Shown piece after piece: positions 8,958-17,391 of a stretch of DNA of 64,000 nucleotides. The notes beneath the pieces were generated by a model. That model was not told the origin of the DNA. It did no database searches and saw only the letters and a list, made by a program, of their open reading frames with translations. The number at the start of each line of letters is the position of its first letter. Within the stretch, counting starts at the first letter, position 1. Made by a program: the position numbers and the translations under genes. Location: positions 148,136 to 212,135 of the forward strand of contig JBNRMN010000067.1 of the NCBI GenBank assembly GCA_050309605.1, written 5' to 3'. The DNA is from Anaerohalosphaeraceae bacterium. GTDB lineage: Bacteria > Planctomycetota > Phycisphaerae > Sedimentisphaerales > Anaerohalosphaeraceae.

Positions 8958-9899
8958 TTACGGACATTCGGATTCAAACGGAGTGCCGCACAGCAGCCAC
9001 TGCGTTGCCAATTCGCACAGATCGTCCATCGTGACCTGTCCGGATTCGGTGATGTCGGCCCGGCCGCAGTCCGGCTGCCCGGCACAGGCGTCGCGCAGCC
9101 AGTGTGCGGCAAGCAAGGCAAAGTCGGCCCAATCGACCCTGCAATTACCGTTGATATCCGCCGTCAGCGCCGCATCGCAGCGGACATACGTTGAGATCTG
9201 AAGTTCCACCTCATACCGCCCCGGACGGGTAAACGCCCAACTGTTATGCGCGTGTTGACCGGCGGGAATGTAAAATACGTCCGACTCGGTGATACCGCCG
9301 TCGAAGGTGGAAAAGAACACCGTCGGCGCTGTACCGGCCTCCTGCCACATTGCGATATGGCCGTCTTTGGGACCGCGGACTTCGACAAGATGGACGCGCA
9401 GCCAGCGAGCGGGAGTGTTTGCGCTGCGAGTCGGATCATTCGGATCCCACAGACAAAGGGCGTTGCGTTCGTCGGCGGTCATATCCTGCGAGTCAAATCC
9501 CGGCGCCGGCGGCCGTTCCTGATCGTAGTGCCAGAAGGTTTCTCCCGGTACGGCGCCGATGAAGGCAAACGCCGGCGGCACGGCGCCCTGAAAAGCGAAC
9601 CGATGTTCGGTCCCCAGCGCGAAGTATGCCTGCTCGGCTTCGATGCGGGTATCGGTCGCCGGGCGGTCGGTCTTGATGTGCACATCCCATCCGGAAAAAC
9701 GCAGCGGGATTTCGATGTCCGTATGTGCCGCCGGTATCATCTGCGCCGCGTTCGGGTCGGACGGCGATGTTTCCACGCCGAAGTGCAGCGTGACGACAGG
9801 GCTTTGGCTCAGGACACAGTAATCGCCATAGACGGCCGCATTGCCATATAACGCAACGCACAAACAGGACACACGGACAAAAAAGTTCAGCGGTTTCAT
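8958..9899 (-). CDS. Secreted choice-of-anchor M (TIGR03769-like) protein with C-terminal dockerin-like domain
   Basis: Start at MKPLN (9899); HTDI, HAHNSWAFTRPGRY; paired ADINGNCRVDWADF / ADITESGQVTMDDL repeats. Confidence 0.75.
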   Translation of the reverse strand: MKPLNFFVRVSCLCVALYGNAAVYGDYCVLSQSPVVTLHFGVETSPSDPNAAQMIPAAHTDIEIPLRFSGWDVHIKTDRPATDTRIEAEQAYFALGTEHRFAFQGAVPPAFAFIGAVPGETFWHYDQERPPAPGFDSQDMTADERNALCLWDPNDPTRSANTPARWLRVHLVEVRGPKDGHIAMWQEAGTAPTVFFSTFDGGITESDVFYIPAGQHAHNSWAFTRPGRYEVELQISTYVRCDAALTADINGNCRVDWADFALLAAHWLRDACAGQPDCGRADITESGQVTMDDLCELATQWLLCGTPFESECP

Positions 9900-9912
9900 G
9901 GAATCTGTTCCT

Positions 9913-10668
9913 CTATCGGCTTGGTTTTGCAAAATTGAAATTGCGGTCAGACATGTCTTTGACGGCTTCGGCGGTGATGACCTCGGTGCGGGTATCGGCG
10001 TACAGAAACAGCGTAGAGCCGCGGGTGTTGTCTTCGTTGGGGCTGCCGGTTCGATAGCGGTCCGGCTGGATGTCGGCACGTATGGCGGTCCATCGCTGCT
10101 CGGCTTCGTCGGATACGAACCAACTGCGCGAGTGGGTATGATCCGCCCCTGCGTCAATCGCGTTCCAGCGGTCGGCGGCGACAAAGACGGTTATTGCGGT
10201 GTCTTTGCGCCGAAGACGATGGAGGTTATGAAACGATTCGTCGGCGACAAGCTGACCGAATCGATACCACGGCGTCATATAGTCATTCATAATATAGCTG
10301 GTGGTGTTGTTTTCAAGCCGTTCTTTGCCCTGCGGATCGGCCGGGCAAATACGGATTTGATCGACATTGGACAGATACGGCGACAGGGTGTAAATCCAGG
10401 TCTGCCGCACATCGGAGACGGTATGAGTGGTCAGCGGAAAATCTCCTTCATAGTCGTCGGCGTAAAGCGTCATCGCGATGCCGATCTGCCGCAGATTGCT
10501 CATTGACACAAGGCGTTTGGCCGTTGTTCGCGCAGTGCGCAGGCCGGGCATAACGATGGCCAGCAGCATCGCAACAATCGCAATCACCACCAGCAATTCA
10601 ATCAGGGTAAACCCTTTGGAAGGAATTGTCGTACGCATGAGACCTGCTTTCTTTGTGGACAGACGCAT
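9913..10668 (-). CDS. Prepilin-type N-terminal cleavage/methylation protein (DUF1559-like)
   Basis: KGFTLIELLVVIAIVAMLLAIVMPGL, SNLRQIG, ICPAD, C-terminal FLYAD; DHTHS motif; alternative start 10638. Confidence 0.88.
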   Translation of the reverse strand: MRLSTKKAGLMRTTIPSKGFTLIELLVVIAIVAMLLAIVMPGLRTARTTAKRLVSMSNLRQIGIAMTLYADDYEGDFPLTTHTVSDVRQTWIYTLSPYLSNVDQIRICPADPQGKERLENNTTSYIMNDYMTPWYRFGQLVADESFHNLHRLRRKDTAITVFVAADRWNAIDAGADHTHSRSWFVSDEAEQRWTAIRADIQPDRYRTGSPNEDNTRGSTLFLYADTRTEVITAEAVKDMSDRNFNFAKPSR

Positions 10669-10722
10669 GGTCTGAAAACAAGAATGTCCGTAATCCGTAA
10701 AACGAACAGATCGATTGTTGGA

Positions 10723-11079
10723 TTAGGCGACAGGCGGCGCGCGGGCAATCGCGGCGTGCAAGAAAGCGGTGCGGACTGAAAAAGACCGGCAAGCAGCCTG
10801 ACCCCCTTGCCCTTCGTCGATTAAACAAATCGGCTGCGGCAGGGAGGAAAAACCGGTGTCAATCAGTGATTTTAAGAGATGACAGGTGCCGCACCGGGTT
10901 GGCGCATGGCTGCCGAGAGGGTCGGGTTGATCATCCTGATTGTGTCGGTCGCACTCGGCGGGCTGGATATGGCAGGCGGATAAATGCAGCGACAGCAGCA
11001 CAGAAGGGCTTGCCGTTGTCAAGCACAACAGGCTTACAAGGAGAACGAGCAGCGGGATGTTCAAAAGCCGTTTGTTCAT
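10723..11079 (-). CDS. DUF2946-like small exported protein with CxxC and C-terminal RAPP
   Basis: Hydrophobic N-terminus, H-x4-CGTCH, ends ARAPPVA; ATG 2 nt after the fur-family stop codon. Confidence 0.7.
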   Translation of the reverse strand: MNKRLLNIPLLVLLVSLLCLTTASPSVLLSLHLSACHIQPAECDRHNQDDQPDPLGSHAPTRCGTCHLLKSLIDTGFSSLPQPICLIDEGQGGQAACRSFSVRTAFLHAAIARAPPVA

Positions 11080-11081
11080 GG

Positions 11082-11501
11082 TTATTGGCACAGGGCGCAA
11101 AGTCCTTCAATTCGAATTTGCTGGCGGTGCATCGTCAGGCCGTCGGGCAGCTTGACCAGCGGGGCCTCAATGCCGATCAGGCATTCGGTGCGCCGGCAGC
11201 GCACGCAGGTAAAATGCGGGTGGCACTGGGTTGCCGTGCAATGATGCGCCGGCTCAAAATGCCATTGCCGCTGCTGCACGAACGCCTTGTGGACCAGATT
11301 GGTCTTAACCAGGCTCATCAGCGTGCGGTAAATGGTCGTCTTGTCCGGCGCATCATGGCCCAGACGTTCGGCGATTTGCTGTTGGGTTAAGGGGCAGCCG
11401 GCCTGCAGCAGGGCCGTCATCACCGCCACCCGCGGCGTGGTGATGCGCAGCCGTTTTTGTTTCAGCATGGCCACGGCCAGAGGGTCAGTGTTGTGTTTCA
11501 T
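11082..11501 (-). CDS. Fur-family transcriptional regulator (Zur-like)
   Basis: LRITTPR, DKTTIYRTL, HPHFTCVRC and GLCALC; ATGA overlap with the upstream gene. Confidence 0.9.
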   Translation of the reverse strand: MKHNTDPLAVAMLKQKRLRITTPRVAVMTALLQAGCPLTQQQIAERLGHDAPDKTTIYRTLMSLVKTNLVHKAFVQQRQWHFEPAHHCTATQCHPHFTCVRCRRTECLIGIEAPLVKLPDGLTMHRQQIRIEGLCALCQ

Positions 11502-12256
11502 GGGGCGGTCTCCTTTGGCTCTGCCGGGTCGTGCTTTCCGCATAGCACACAGCTATGGCGGCCCAAATGGACGCCGTCGGCACGGAGAAACAGCGTCGGA
11601 AACACAATATCGCTCAGACAGCACGGCAGCCAGACGGCCAAAAACAGGACAATAAACATCCCTAAAAGCAATCCAAAGCTCAACTGGTCGGGGCTGCTGA
11701 TCAGCATAAAACTGGCTGAGGCCCACGTGCTGACCAGGATATGCCCGGCGTGTGGAATTTTGGTCAATGGACGGAAATAGGCCAGTACCACGCCCAGCAA
11801 GGCGGCCGGAGTGACCAGATACCACTCTTCGATAAACCCCAGATGCAGGTGGGGTTCGTGGCCGTGATCGCAGTCCGGGCCGTGGGCATGGTCGCTGTCG
11901 TCGAGGGTGTGCAGGGCGGCATGGGTCGGAATCGCCGCCCCAAGAACCGATTGCCCCAGATACGGTAAAAGCGAGTCGCTTAATGTCGCAATGCCGATAG
12001 AGCCGACATAGCCGATCACTAAAATAACCAAAAAACTGCTTGCCTTGCGGTGGAGTTTGAACAATGCGGCGGTGACCATCGCGCTGAGCACCACGTGCAA
12101 AGGATGAAAAACCGAAAACAGCCGCAGGGCATTCTCCTTGCTGATGTCTTTAAACAGCAGCATAAATCCAATCCCCAGAGCGGCACCGAGCAGGGTAAAC
12201 GGACTATGGGCTTTCAGTTCCAGCCCGATGTGTTTGAATCGATCCCATACGCTCAT
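11498..12256 (-). CDS. Polytopic membrane protein with His-rich loop (possible metal transporter)
   Basis: Multiple hydrophobic segments; HPLH, DHAHGPDCDHGHEPHLH, PHAGH, PCCLSD; start at ATG 12256. Confidence 0.7.
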   Translation of the reverse strand: MSVWDRFKHIGLELKAHSPFTLLGAALGIGFMLLFKDISKENALRLFSVFHPLHVVLSAMVTAALFKLHRKASSFLVILVIGYVGSIGIATLSDSLLPYLGQSVLGAAIPTHAALHTLDDSDHAHGPDCDHGHEPHLHLGFIEEWYLVTPAALLGVVLAYFRPLTKIPHAGHILVSTWASASFMLISSPDQLSFGLLLGMFIVLFLAVWLPCCLSDIVFPTLFLRADGVHLGRHSCVLCGKHDPAEPKETAP

Positions 12257-12285
12257 ATCTCTGCCTGCCTGAAAAAGGGCTTCTT

Positions 12286-12304
12286 TTTGCAACTTAGTTG
12301 CAAA
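12286..12304. promoter_or_regulatory. Perfect 8-3-8 palindrome, putative Fur/Zur operator
   Basis: TTTGCAAC-TTA-GTTGCAAA just downstream of a minus-strand TTGAAA-16-TATAAA promoter (12337-12310). Confidence 0.7.
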
Positions 12305-12345
12305 TACAATTTATACTCTGATTTTGTTCATTTTCAACCACAAAA

Positions 12346-12732
12346 TTATGAATTTTGTACGGCCGTGGCGATGATTTCCACCGCCGCTCCGGCCGGCAGG
12401 GCCGCGACGGCATAGGCGGCACGGGCGGGGTAGGGCGGCTTAAAAAAATCTTTATAAAGTGCGTTTATCGCACCAAAATCATCTATATGAGTCATTAACA
12501 CCACGACTTGAACCACATCGGCCACGGCAAAGCCGGCCGCATCAAGGATGGCCTGGATGTTCTTCAGCGCCTGAGCGGCCTGAGCGGCGGTATCGGCGGA
12601 AACCAGTTTGCCGGTGGTTGGATCAAGGCCGAGCTGACCCGACAGATACAGGGTGTTCCCGACCTGAATTGCCTGAGAATAGGGGCCGATGGCCGCCGGG
12701 GCGGCGTCCGTTCGGATGGCTTTCGGGGGCAT
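12346..12732 (-). CDS. ridA: RidA/YjgF family enamine deaminase
   Basis: APAAIGPYSQA, LYLSGQLG, PYPARA, ALPAGAAVEI. Confidence 0.9.
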   Translation of the reverse strand: MPPKAIRTDAAPAAIGPYSQAIQVGNTLYLSGQLGLDPTTGKLVSADTAAQAAQALKNIQAILDAAGFAVADVVQVVVLMTHIDDFGAINALYKDFFKPPYPARAAYAVAALPAGAAVEIIATAVQNS

Positions 12733-12904
12733 TGTTATCCTTTCTTTTTGCATTGTTTGACCCGTTTTTCAATTGTTTTCGCAGATTTTGCCGCAAACAT
12801 CCACGTTCTCAGCCGCCTATTGTATCTCAAGACGGCCTGAAGGAAAGGCTTGCTCGGTCCGCGTGAGCATTGTATGATGCTACTTTTATTTGTGGGAAAC
12901 GCAA

Positions 12905-13876
12905 ATGCAGATTGCTGAATCGATTGAACAAATCAGCCAACTGCCTCGGGGTATGGCGCTGAGTATTGGCAACTTTGACGGTGTGCATCGCGGGCACCAG
13001 ACGATCATTGCCGCGGCCAAACGCGCCGCCGAGCAGCGCGGCGCGCAAACGGCGGTGATGACGTTTGATCCGCACCCGGCGGCGATATTACGGCCCGACA
13101 AGGCGCCGGGGGTGTTGACGCCTCTGCCGCAAAAGCTGCGTCTGCTCCAGGCGGCCGGGGTGGATGTCGTGATTGTGATTCGCGACAGTTTGAGTCTGCT
13201 GAATCTGTCGCCGAGCGATTTTGTTGATCGGTTCCTGATGTCGCATCTGTCGCCGTCGGTGATTGTCGAAGGGCCGAATTTTACGTTCGGCTACGGTCGC
13301 AGCGGCACAATGCAGACGCTGCGCAAACTCGGTGCCGAGCGCGGTTTTGAGGTCATCGAGGCGCCGTTTACCGAGGTGCGGCTGGGCAAAGATCGGCGTG
13401 CGGCGACCTGTTCCAGCTCGCTGATTCGCGAGATGCTCGAAAAAGGCGCTGTCTTTGAGGCCGCCCAACTGCTGAGCCGTCCGTACCGATTGGCCGGATC
13501 GGTGGTGACCGGTCGCGGCATTGGACGAACCCTTGGGTTTCCGACCGCCAATGTGCATCCGGCTGGGCAAATTCTGCCGTCCGAGGGCGTGTATGCGGGC
13601 TATGTCGTGGTCGGCGGTTCGTTTGAGGACGTGTGCTTTGGCGGTCAGCGACGCCCGGCGGCGCTGAGCATCGGACGGGCCAAGACGTTCATTACCGATT
13701 ATCCGCTGCTGCTGGAGGCGCATTTGCTGGAGGATAATGTTGAAAATCTCTACGGCCAATGGGTCGGACTGGACTTTATGGAGTGGCTGCGCAATCAGCG
13801 GCGGTTCACCTCACGGGAAGATCTGTCTGAGCAAATCGCCCAGGATTGCCGCGACGCTTTGGCGGTGCTGATATGA
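12905..13876 (+). CDS. ribF: Bifunctional riboflavin kinase/FAD synthetase
   Basis: IGNFDGVHRGH, TFDPHP, GRTLGFPTAN, LEAHLL. Confidence 0.96.
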   Translation: MQIAESIEQISQLPRGMALSIGNFDGVHRGHQTIIAAAKRAAEQRGAQTAVMTFDPHPAAILRPDKAPGVLTPLPQKLRLLQAAGVDVVIVIRDSLSLLNLSPSDFVDRFLMSHLSPSVIVEGPNFTFGYGRSGTMQTLRKLGAERGFEVIEAPFTEVRLGKDRRAATCSSSLIREMLEKGAVFEAAQLLSRPYRLAGSVVTGRGIGRTLGFPTANVHPAGQILPSEGVYAGYVVVGGSFEDVCFGGQRRPAALSIGRAKTFITDYPLLLEAHLLEDNVENLYGQWVGLDFMEWLRNQRRFTSREDLSEQIAQDCRDALAVLI

Positions 13877-14220
13877 GGTCAGAAGACAGAGGTCAGAGGA
13901 CAGAGGTTGGAATGGACGGTGCGATTCGAAACGTGAATGATTTGAAAGTTTATCGACTTGCTTATCAAGACGCTACCTTCAGGTTTTTATACGTCACCTC
14001 AACGATGCTTTGGGGTCTGGAGAAGAAACGCGAGGCTGGCTGAATTTCTCTATGGATTGTGATTATATCAACAAGGAGCAATTTCAGCGGCTGGACAGCC
14101 GCTACGATGAAGTGAATGCAATGTTGTATAGGTTAATGAATGGATGGAAAGACAGAAAGTAAAATGAAGAAGGCAAAGGTTCGATTATCTCGACCTCTGA
14201 CTTCTGTTCTCTGTCTTCAG
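13875..14220. repeat. Inverted heptamer arrays flanking the four-helix-bundle remnant
   Basis: GAGGTCAGAAGACAGAGGTCAGAGGACAGAGG (about 13875-13906) versus CCTCTGACTTCTGTTCTCTGTCTTC (about 14194-14218). Confidence 0.7.
13912..14162 (+). pseudogene. Four-helix-bundle (23S rRNA IVP / TIGR02436-like) protein remnant
   Basis: MDGAIRNVNDLKVYRLAYQ joins out of frame at about 13968 to RRYLQVFIRHLNDALGSGEETRGWLNFSMDCDYI...EVNAML; the usual QIRRS..SV..NIAEG segment is missing. Confidence 0.8.
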
Positions 14221-14248
14221 TTCAAGAAAACAAGGAATATGATTTAGA

Positions 14249-15277
14249 ATGCCGAGCAACACGGATTATGATCAAGTGGTGAAGGTATTGATGAACGCCG
14301 AGCGTGTGCTGTTGACGACGCATCTGCGTCCGGACGGGGACGGGTGCGGGTGTATGCGGGCGTTGATGGAACATTTAACGTCCGCCGGCAAGACGGTGCA
14401 TCCGCTGGTGCTCTCGCCGCTGGCCAATTGGTACGCGGAGTTGTTTGACGGCCCGGTGCCGGTGCTGGGCAATGACGTCCGGCCCGACGACCTGCCGCGG
14501 GTTTATGGCGATTGCGATTTGATGGTGATCGTCGATACAAACAGTCTGGTTCAGCTTCCGGGGCTGGAGGCCTTTATCGCGCATAGCCGCACGGCCGGTC
14601 GCCCGAAGATATTAGTCATTGATCACCATATTACCGGCGATCATCTGGGCGATGTGGAATTGCTTGATCCGGCTGCGGCTGCGGCCGGAGAAATCGTTTA
14701 TGATTTGTTCAAGACGGTCGGGTGGGACATGACGCCGCGAATTGCCGAGGCGATTTTTGTTGCGCTGGCGACCGATACCGGCTGGTTCAAGTACGGCAAC
14801 GCCGACAGCCGCATCTTTCATACCGCCGCCGAGCTGGTCAGCATCGGCGTGCATCCCAACGAGATGTATCGACGGTTGTATCAGAGTTTTTCGCCCGCCC
14901 GGCTGGCACTGATGACACGGATGCTTGAGCACCTGGCCCTCCACGCCGACGGACGAATCGCCACCCAGTATATTCTGCGCAGGGATTTTGATGAAACAGG
15001 CGCATCCGGACCCGATACCGAAAATCTCATCGATGAATGCCAGCGGATCGGTACGGTTGAAGTGGCGGTGCTGCTGGTGGAGCTGTCCGACGGGCGGTTT
15101 CGCTGTTCGCTGCGAAGCAAAGGCGATGTGGATGTGCGGGCGATTGCCCAGGCCTATGGCGGCGGGGGTCATACGCTGGCGGCCGGGGTGACCATGGACG
15201 GGCCGCTTGATGCGGCGATGGAGCGGCTGGTGGAGGATGTCCGAGGTCAGATGGCAGAGGGCAGGTTCGGAATTTGA
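14249..15277 (+). CDS. DHH/DHHA1 phosphoesterase (NrnA-like)
   Basis: HLRPDGD, IDHH, TDTGWF, SLRS, GGGGHTLAAG. Confidence 0.93.
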   Translation: MPSNTDYDQVVKVLMNAERVLLTTHLRPDGDGCGCMRALMEHLTSAGKTVHPLVLSPLANWYAELFDGPVPVLGNDVRPDDLPRVYGDCDLMVIVDTNSLVQLPGLEAFIAHSRTAGRPKILVIDHHITGDHLGDVELLDPAAAAAGEIVYDLFKTVGWDMTPRIAEAIFVALATDTGWFKYGNADSRIFHTAAELVSIGVHPNEMYRRLYQSFSPARLALMTRMLEHLALHADGRIATQYILRRDFDETGASGPDTENLIDECQRIGTVEVAVLLVELSDGRFRCSLRSKGDVDVRAIAQAYGGGGHTLAAGVTMDGPLDAAMERLVEDVRGQMAEGRFGI

Positions 15278-15333
15278 AATCTGAAAATTGAGATCAGATT
15301 TGAAATCATAGGATTTACAATTTGAGATGAGTA

Positions 15334-16671
15334 TTGGGTATCGGACCTCGAAAATACCAATTTGATGTGTTGTCCGGTCGGTTTCTGGCGGCTCGGCTTC
15401 CGCTGCTGGCGGCGTCGGTGCTGCTGGTGTGTTTGAGTCTGGTGACGATTTATGCCATCGGACATCCGCAGGTCGAGCCGGACAATCCGGCCGAGGCCGC
15501 CGAGCAGACGGGCCGGGACGAAGCATCGGTTCGCAGCGCGGCCGCGACCGGCCGCTATGCGGGCTACTGGCTGCGGCAGGCGGGGTTCGCGGTGGTGGGG
15601 CTGGGGTGTTTGGTCGGCGTTAACCTCTTTGATTACAGGCGGTTAGGGCCATACAGCTACACGCTTTACGCGGTCATTCTGGCGCTGTTGATGGTGCTGA
15701 TGATCGACAAATACATTGACCTGCCGTTTGTGCCGGTGGTCAACAATGCCCGGCGGTGGATTCGTGTAACGATTATGGGGCGCGATTTGCTCAACATCCA
15801 GCCGTCGGAGTTCTGCAAGGTTGGCTTTATTATTGCGTTGGCGTGGTATCTTCGGTTTCGCGAGAATTATCGGACGTTCAAGGGACTGGTCGGGCCGTTC
15901 GCGATTACGCTGCTGGCGATTGTGCTGATTTTGCGGCAGCCGGACTTGGGGACGGTGATGCTGCTGATGCCGATCTTGTTTGCGATGCTGTTCGTGGCCG
16001 GGGCGCGGGTCAAGCATCTGTTGTTCATTATAATGATGGCGGCGCTGGCGGCGCCGGTCTTGTGGAATTTTATGCACAGTTACCAGCGAATGCGGATTGC
16101 GTCGGTGGCACTGCAGAATGAACGGATTTTTGAAGCGGTGCGGTCGCGTCCTCGGCTGGCCAATTATCTGGTGGGCGACGCCGAGCGGCTGCGGACGTGG
16201 CGGCGGGACGAGGGCTACCACCTGCTGCACTCCAAACAGGCCATTGCGTCCGGCGGTCTGTGGGGGTATGGGCTGGGCAAAGGGCCGTACATACGCTACG
16301 ATTACCTGCCCGAACGGCACAACGACTTTATTTTCGCGGCCATTGCCCATCAATTGGGCCTGGGCGGGTGTGTGGTGGTCTTGCTGCTGTATGCGGTGAT
16401 TATTGCCACGGCGATGGAGATTGCATGGCTGAATACCGATGCGTTTGGTCGGCTTGTGGCCGCCGGCATCGGGGCGATGTTTGCGGTGGAGGTGTTGGTC
16501 AATATCAATATGACGCTGGGGCTGATGCCGATTACAGGATTGACGCTGCCGCTGTTGAGCTACGGCGGCTCGAGTATGGTCGTGCATATGATCGCTATTG
16601 GGCTGCTCAATAATATCGGACGCGACCGGCCGTTCTCCGTGGCCAAAAAGCCGTTTGAGTTTCAAAATTAG
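15334..16671 (+). CDS. rodA: SEDS family protein (RodA/FtsW), RodA-like
   Basis: ARRWI, IQPSEFCK, QPDLGT, LPERHNDFIF, PITGLTLPLLSYGGSS; exact start uncertain. Confidence 0.85.
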   Translation: MGIGPRKYQFDVLSGRFLAARLPLLAASVLLVCLSLVTIYAIGHPQVEPDNPAEAAEQTGRDEASVRSAAATGRYAGYWLRQAGFAVVGLGCLVGVNLFDYRRLGPYSYTLYAVILALLMVLMIDKYIDLPFVPVVNNARRWIRVTIMGRDLLNIQPSEFCKVGFIIALAWYLRFRENYRTFKGLVGPFAITLLAIVLILRQPDLGTVMLLMPILFAMLFVAGARVKHLLFIIMMAALAAPVLWNFMHSYQRMRIASVALQNERIFEAVRSRPRLANYLVGDAERLRTWRRDEGYHLLHSKQAIASGGLWGYGLGKGPYIRYDYLPERHNDFIFAAIAHQLGLGGCVVVLLLYAVIIATAMEIAWLNTDAFGRLVAAGIGAMFAVEVLVNINMTLGLMPITGLTLPLLSYGGSSMVVHMIAIGLLNNIGRDRPFSVAKKPFEFQN

Positions 16672-16683
16672 AGGTCAGAAGAC

Positions 16684-17212
16684 ACCAGCGCGGCACACCA
16701 GCGCGCACAACAGCGCGGCGGCGCAAGGGCGCGGTACAATAGCGCGGCGGCGCGAGCCGCCCGATAAGGGGATGCGGGTGTATGGAGCGTTTTGCAAGTC
16801 GCCACATAATCCGGCCGCTTGCGCGGCTCGGCTGTTGTACGATGACGCGGCGCAACAGCGCGGCGGCGCAAGCCGCCCGATACGGGGATGCGGATAAATG
16901 GGACGTTTTCCAAGACGCCACAGGATCCGGCCGCTTGCGCGGCTCGGCTATTGTACGATGGCGCGGCGCAACAGCGCGGCACAATAGCGCGGCGGCGAAA
17001 GCCGCCCGATAGGGGGATGCGGATGGATGGGGCGTTTTCCAAGTCGCCACATAATCCGGCCGCTTGCGCGGCTCGGCTATTGTACGATGACGCGGCGCAA
17101 CATCGCGGCACAACAGCGCGGCGGCGCGAGCCGCCCGATACGGGGATGCGGATAGATGGAGCGTTTTGCAAGTCGCCACATAATCCGGCCGCTTGCGCGG
17201 CTCGGCTGTTGT
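16684..17212. repeat. BIME-like tandem array, about 4 units of 129 bp, each with two inverted REP-like hairpins
   Basis: ATCCGGCCGCTTGCGCGGCTCGGCT recurs at 16809, 16925, 17054, 17183 (spacing 116, 129, 129). Confidence 0.85.
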
Positions 17213-17362
17213 GGGTATCGTCATCCGGCCGGTGGTGGGTAGCCGGATGCTGATTTTCAGGCTGATAATGGGGGTTGTGAATAAAAATACGACGTAGCAG
17301 TACTGAAAAAGGCTGTTTTTTCGGGGTTTTTCAAAATTTTTTGTTCCTTCGGCAATTTTTTC

Positions 17363-17391
17363 TTGCAATGCATCGCGTTTTTTAGTATTAT
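17363..17391 (+). promoter_or_regulatory. Sigma-70 promoter with upstream T tracts
   Basis: TTGCAA-17-TATTAT, about 185 nt upstream of ATG 17578. Confidence 0.6.

Noticed and set aside
13912..14162. Diversity-generating retroelement (Avd-like gene)
   Set aside because: No reverse transcriptase and no template/variable repeat pair differing at adenines in the window.
16684..17212. CRISPR array
   Set aside because: Sequences between the repeats are near-identical rather than unique spacers, the unit is 129 bp, and there are no cas genes in the window.
16607..17368. Repetitive ORFs of 253, 167 and 121 aa across the array
   Set aside because: They are translations of the GC-rich repeat in several frames with no protein-like features.
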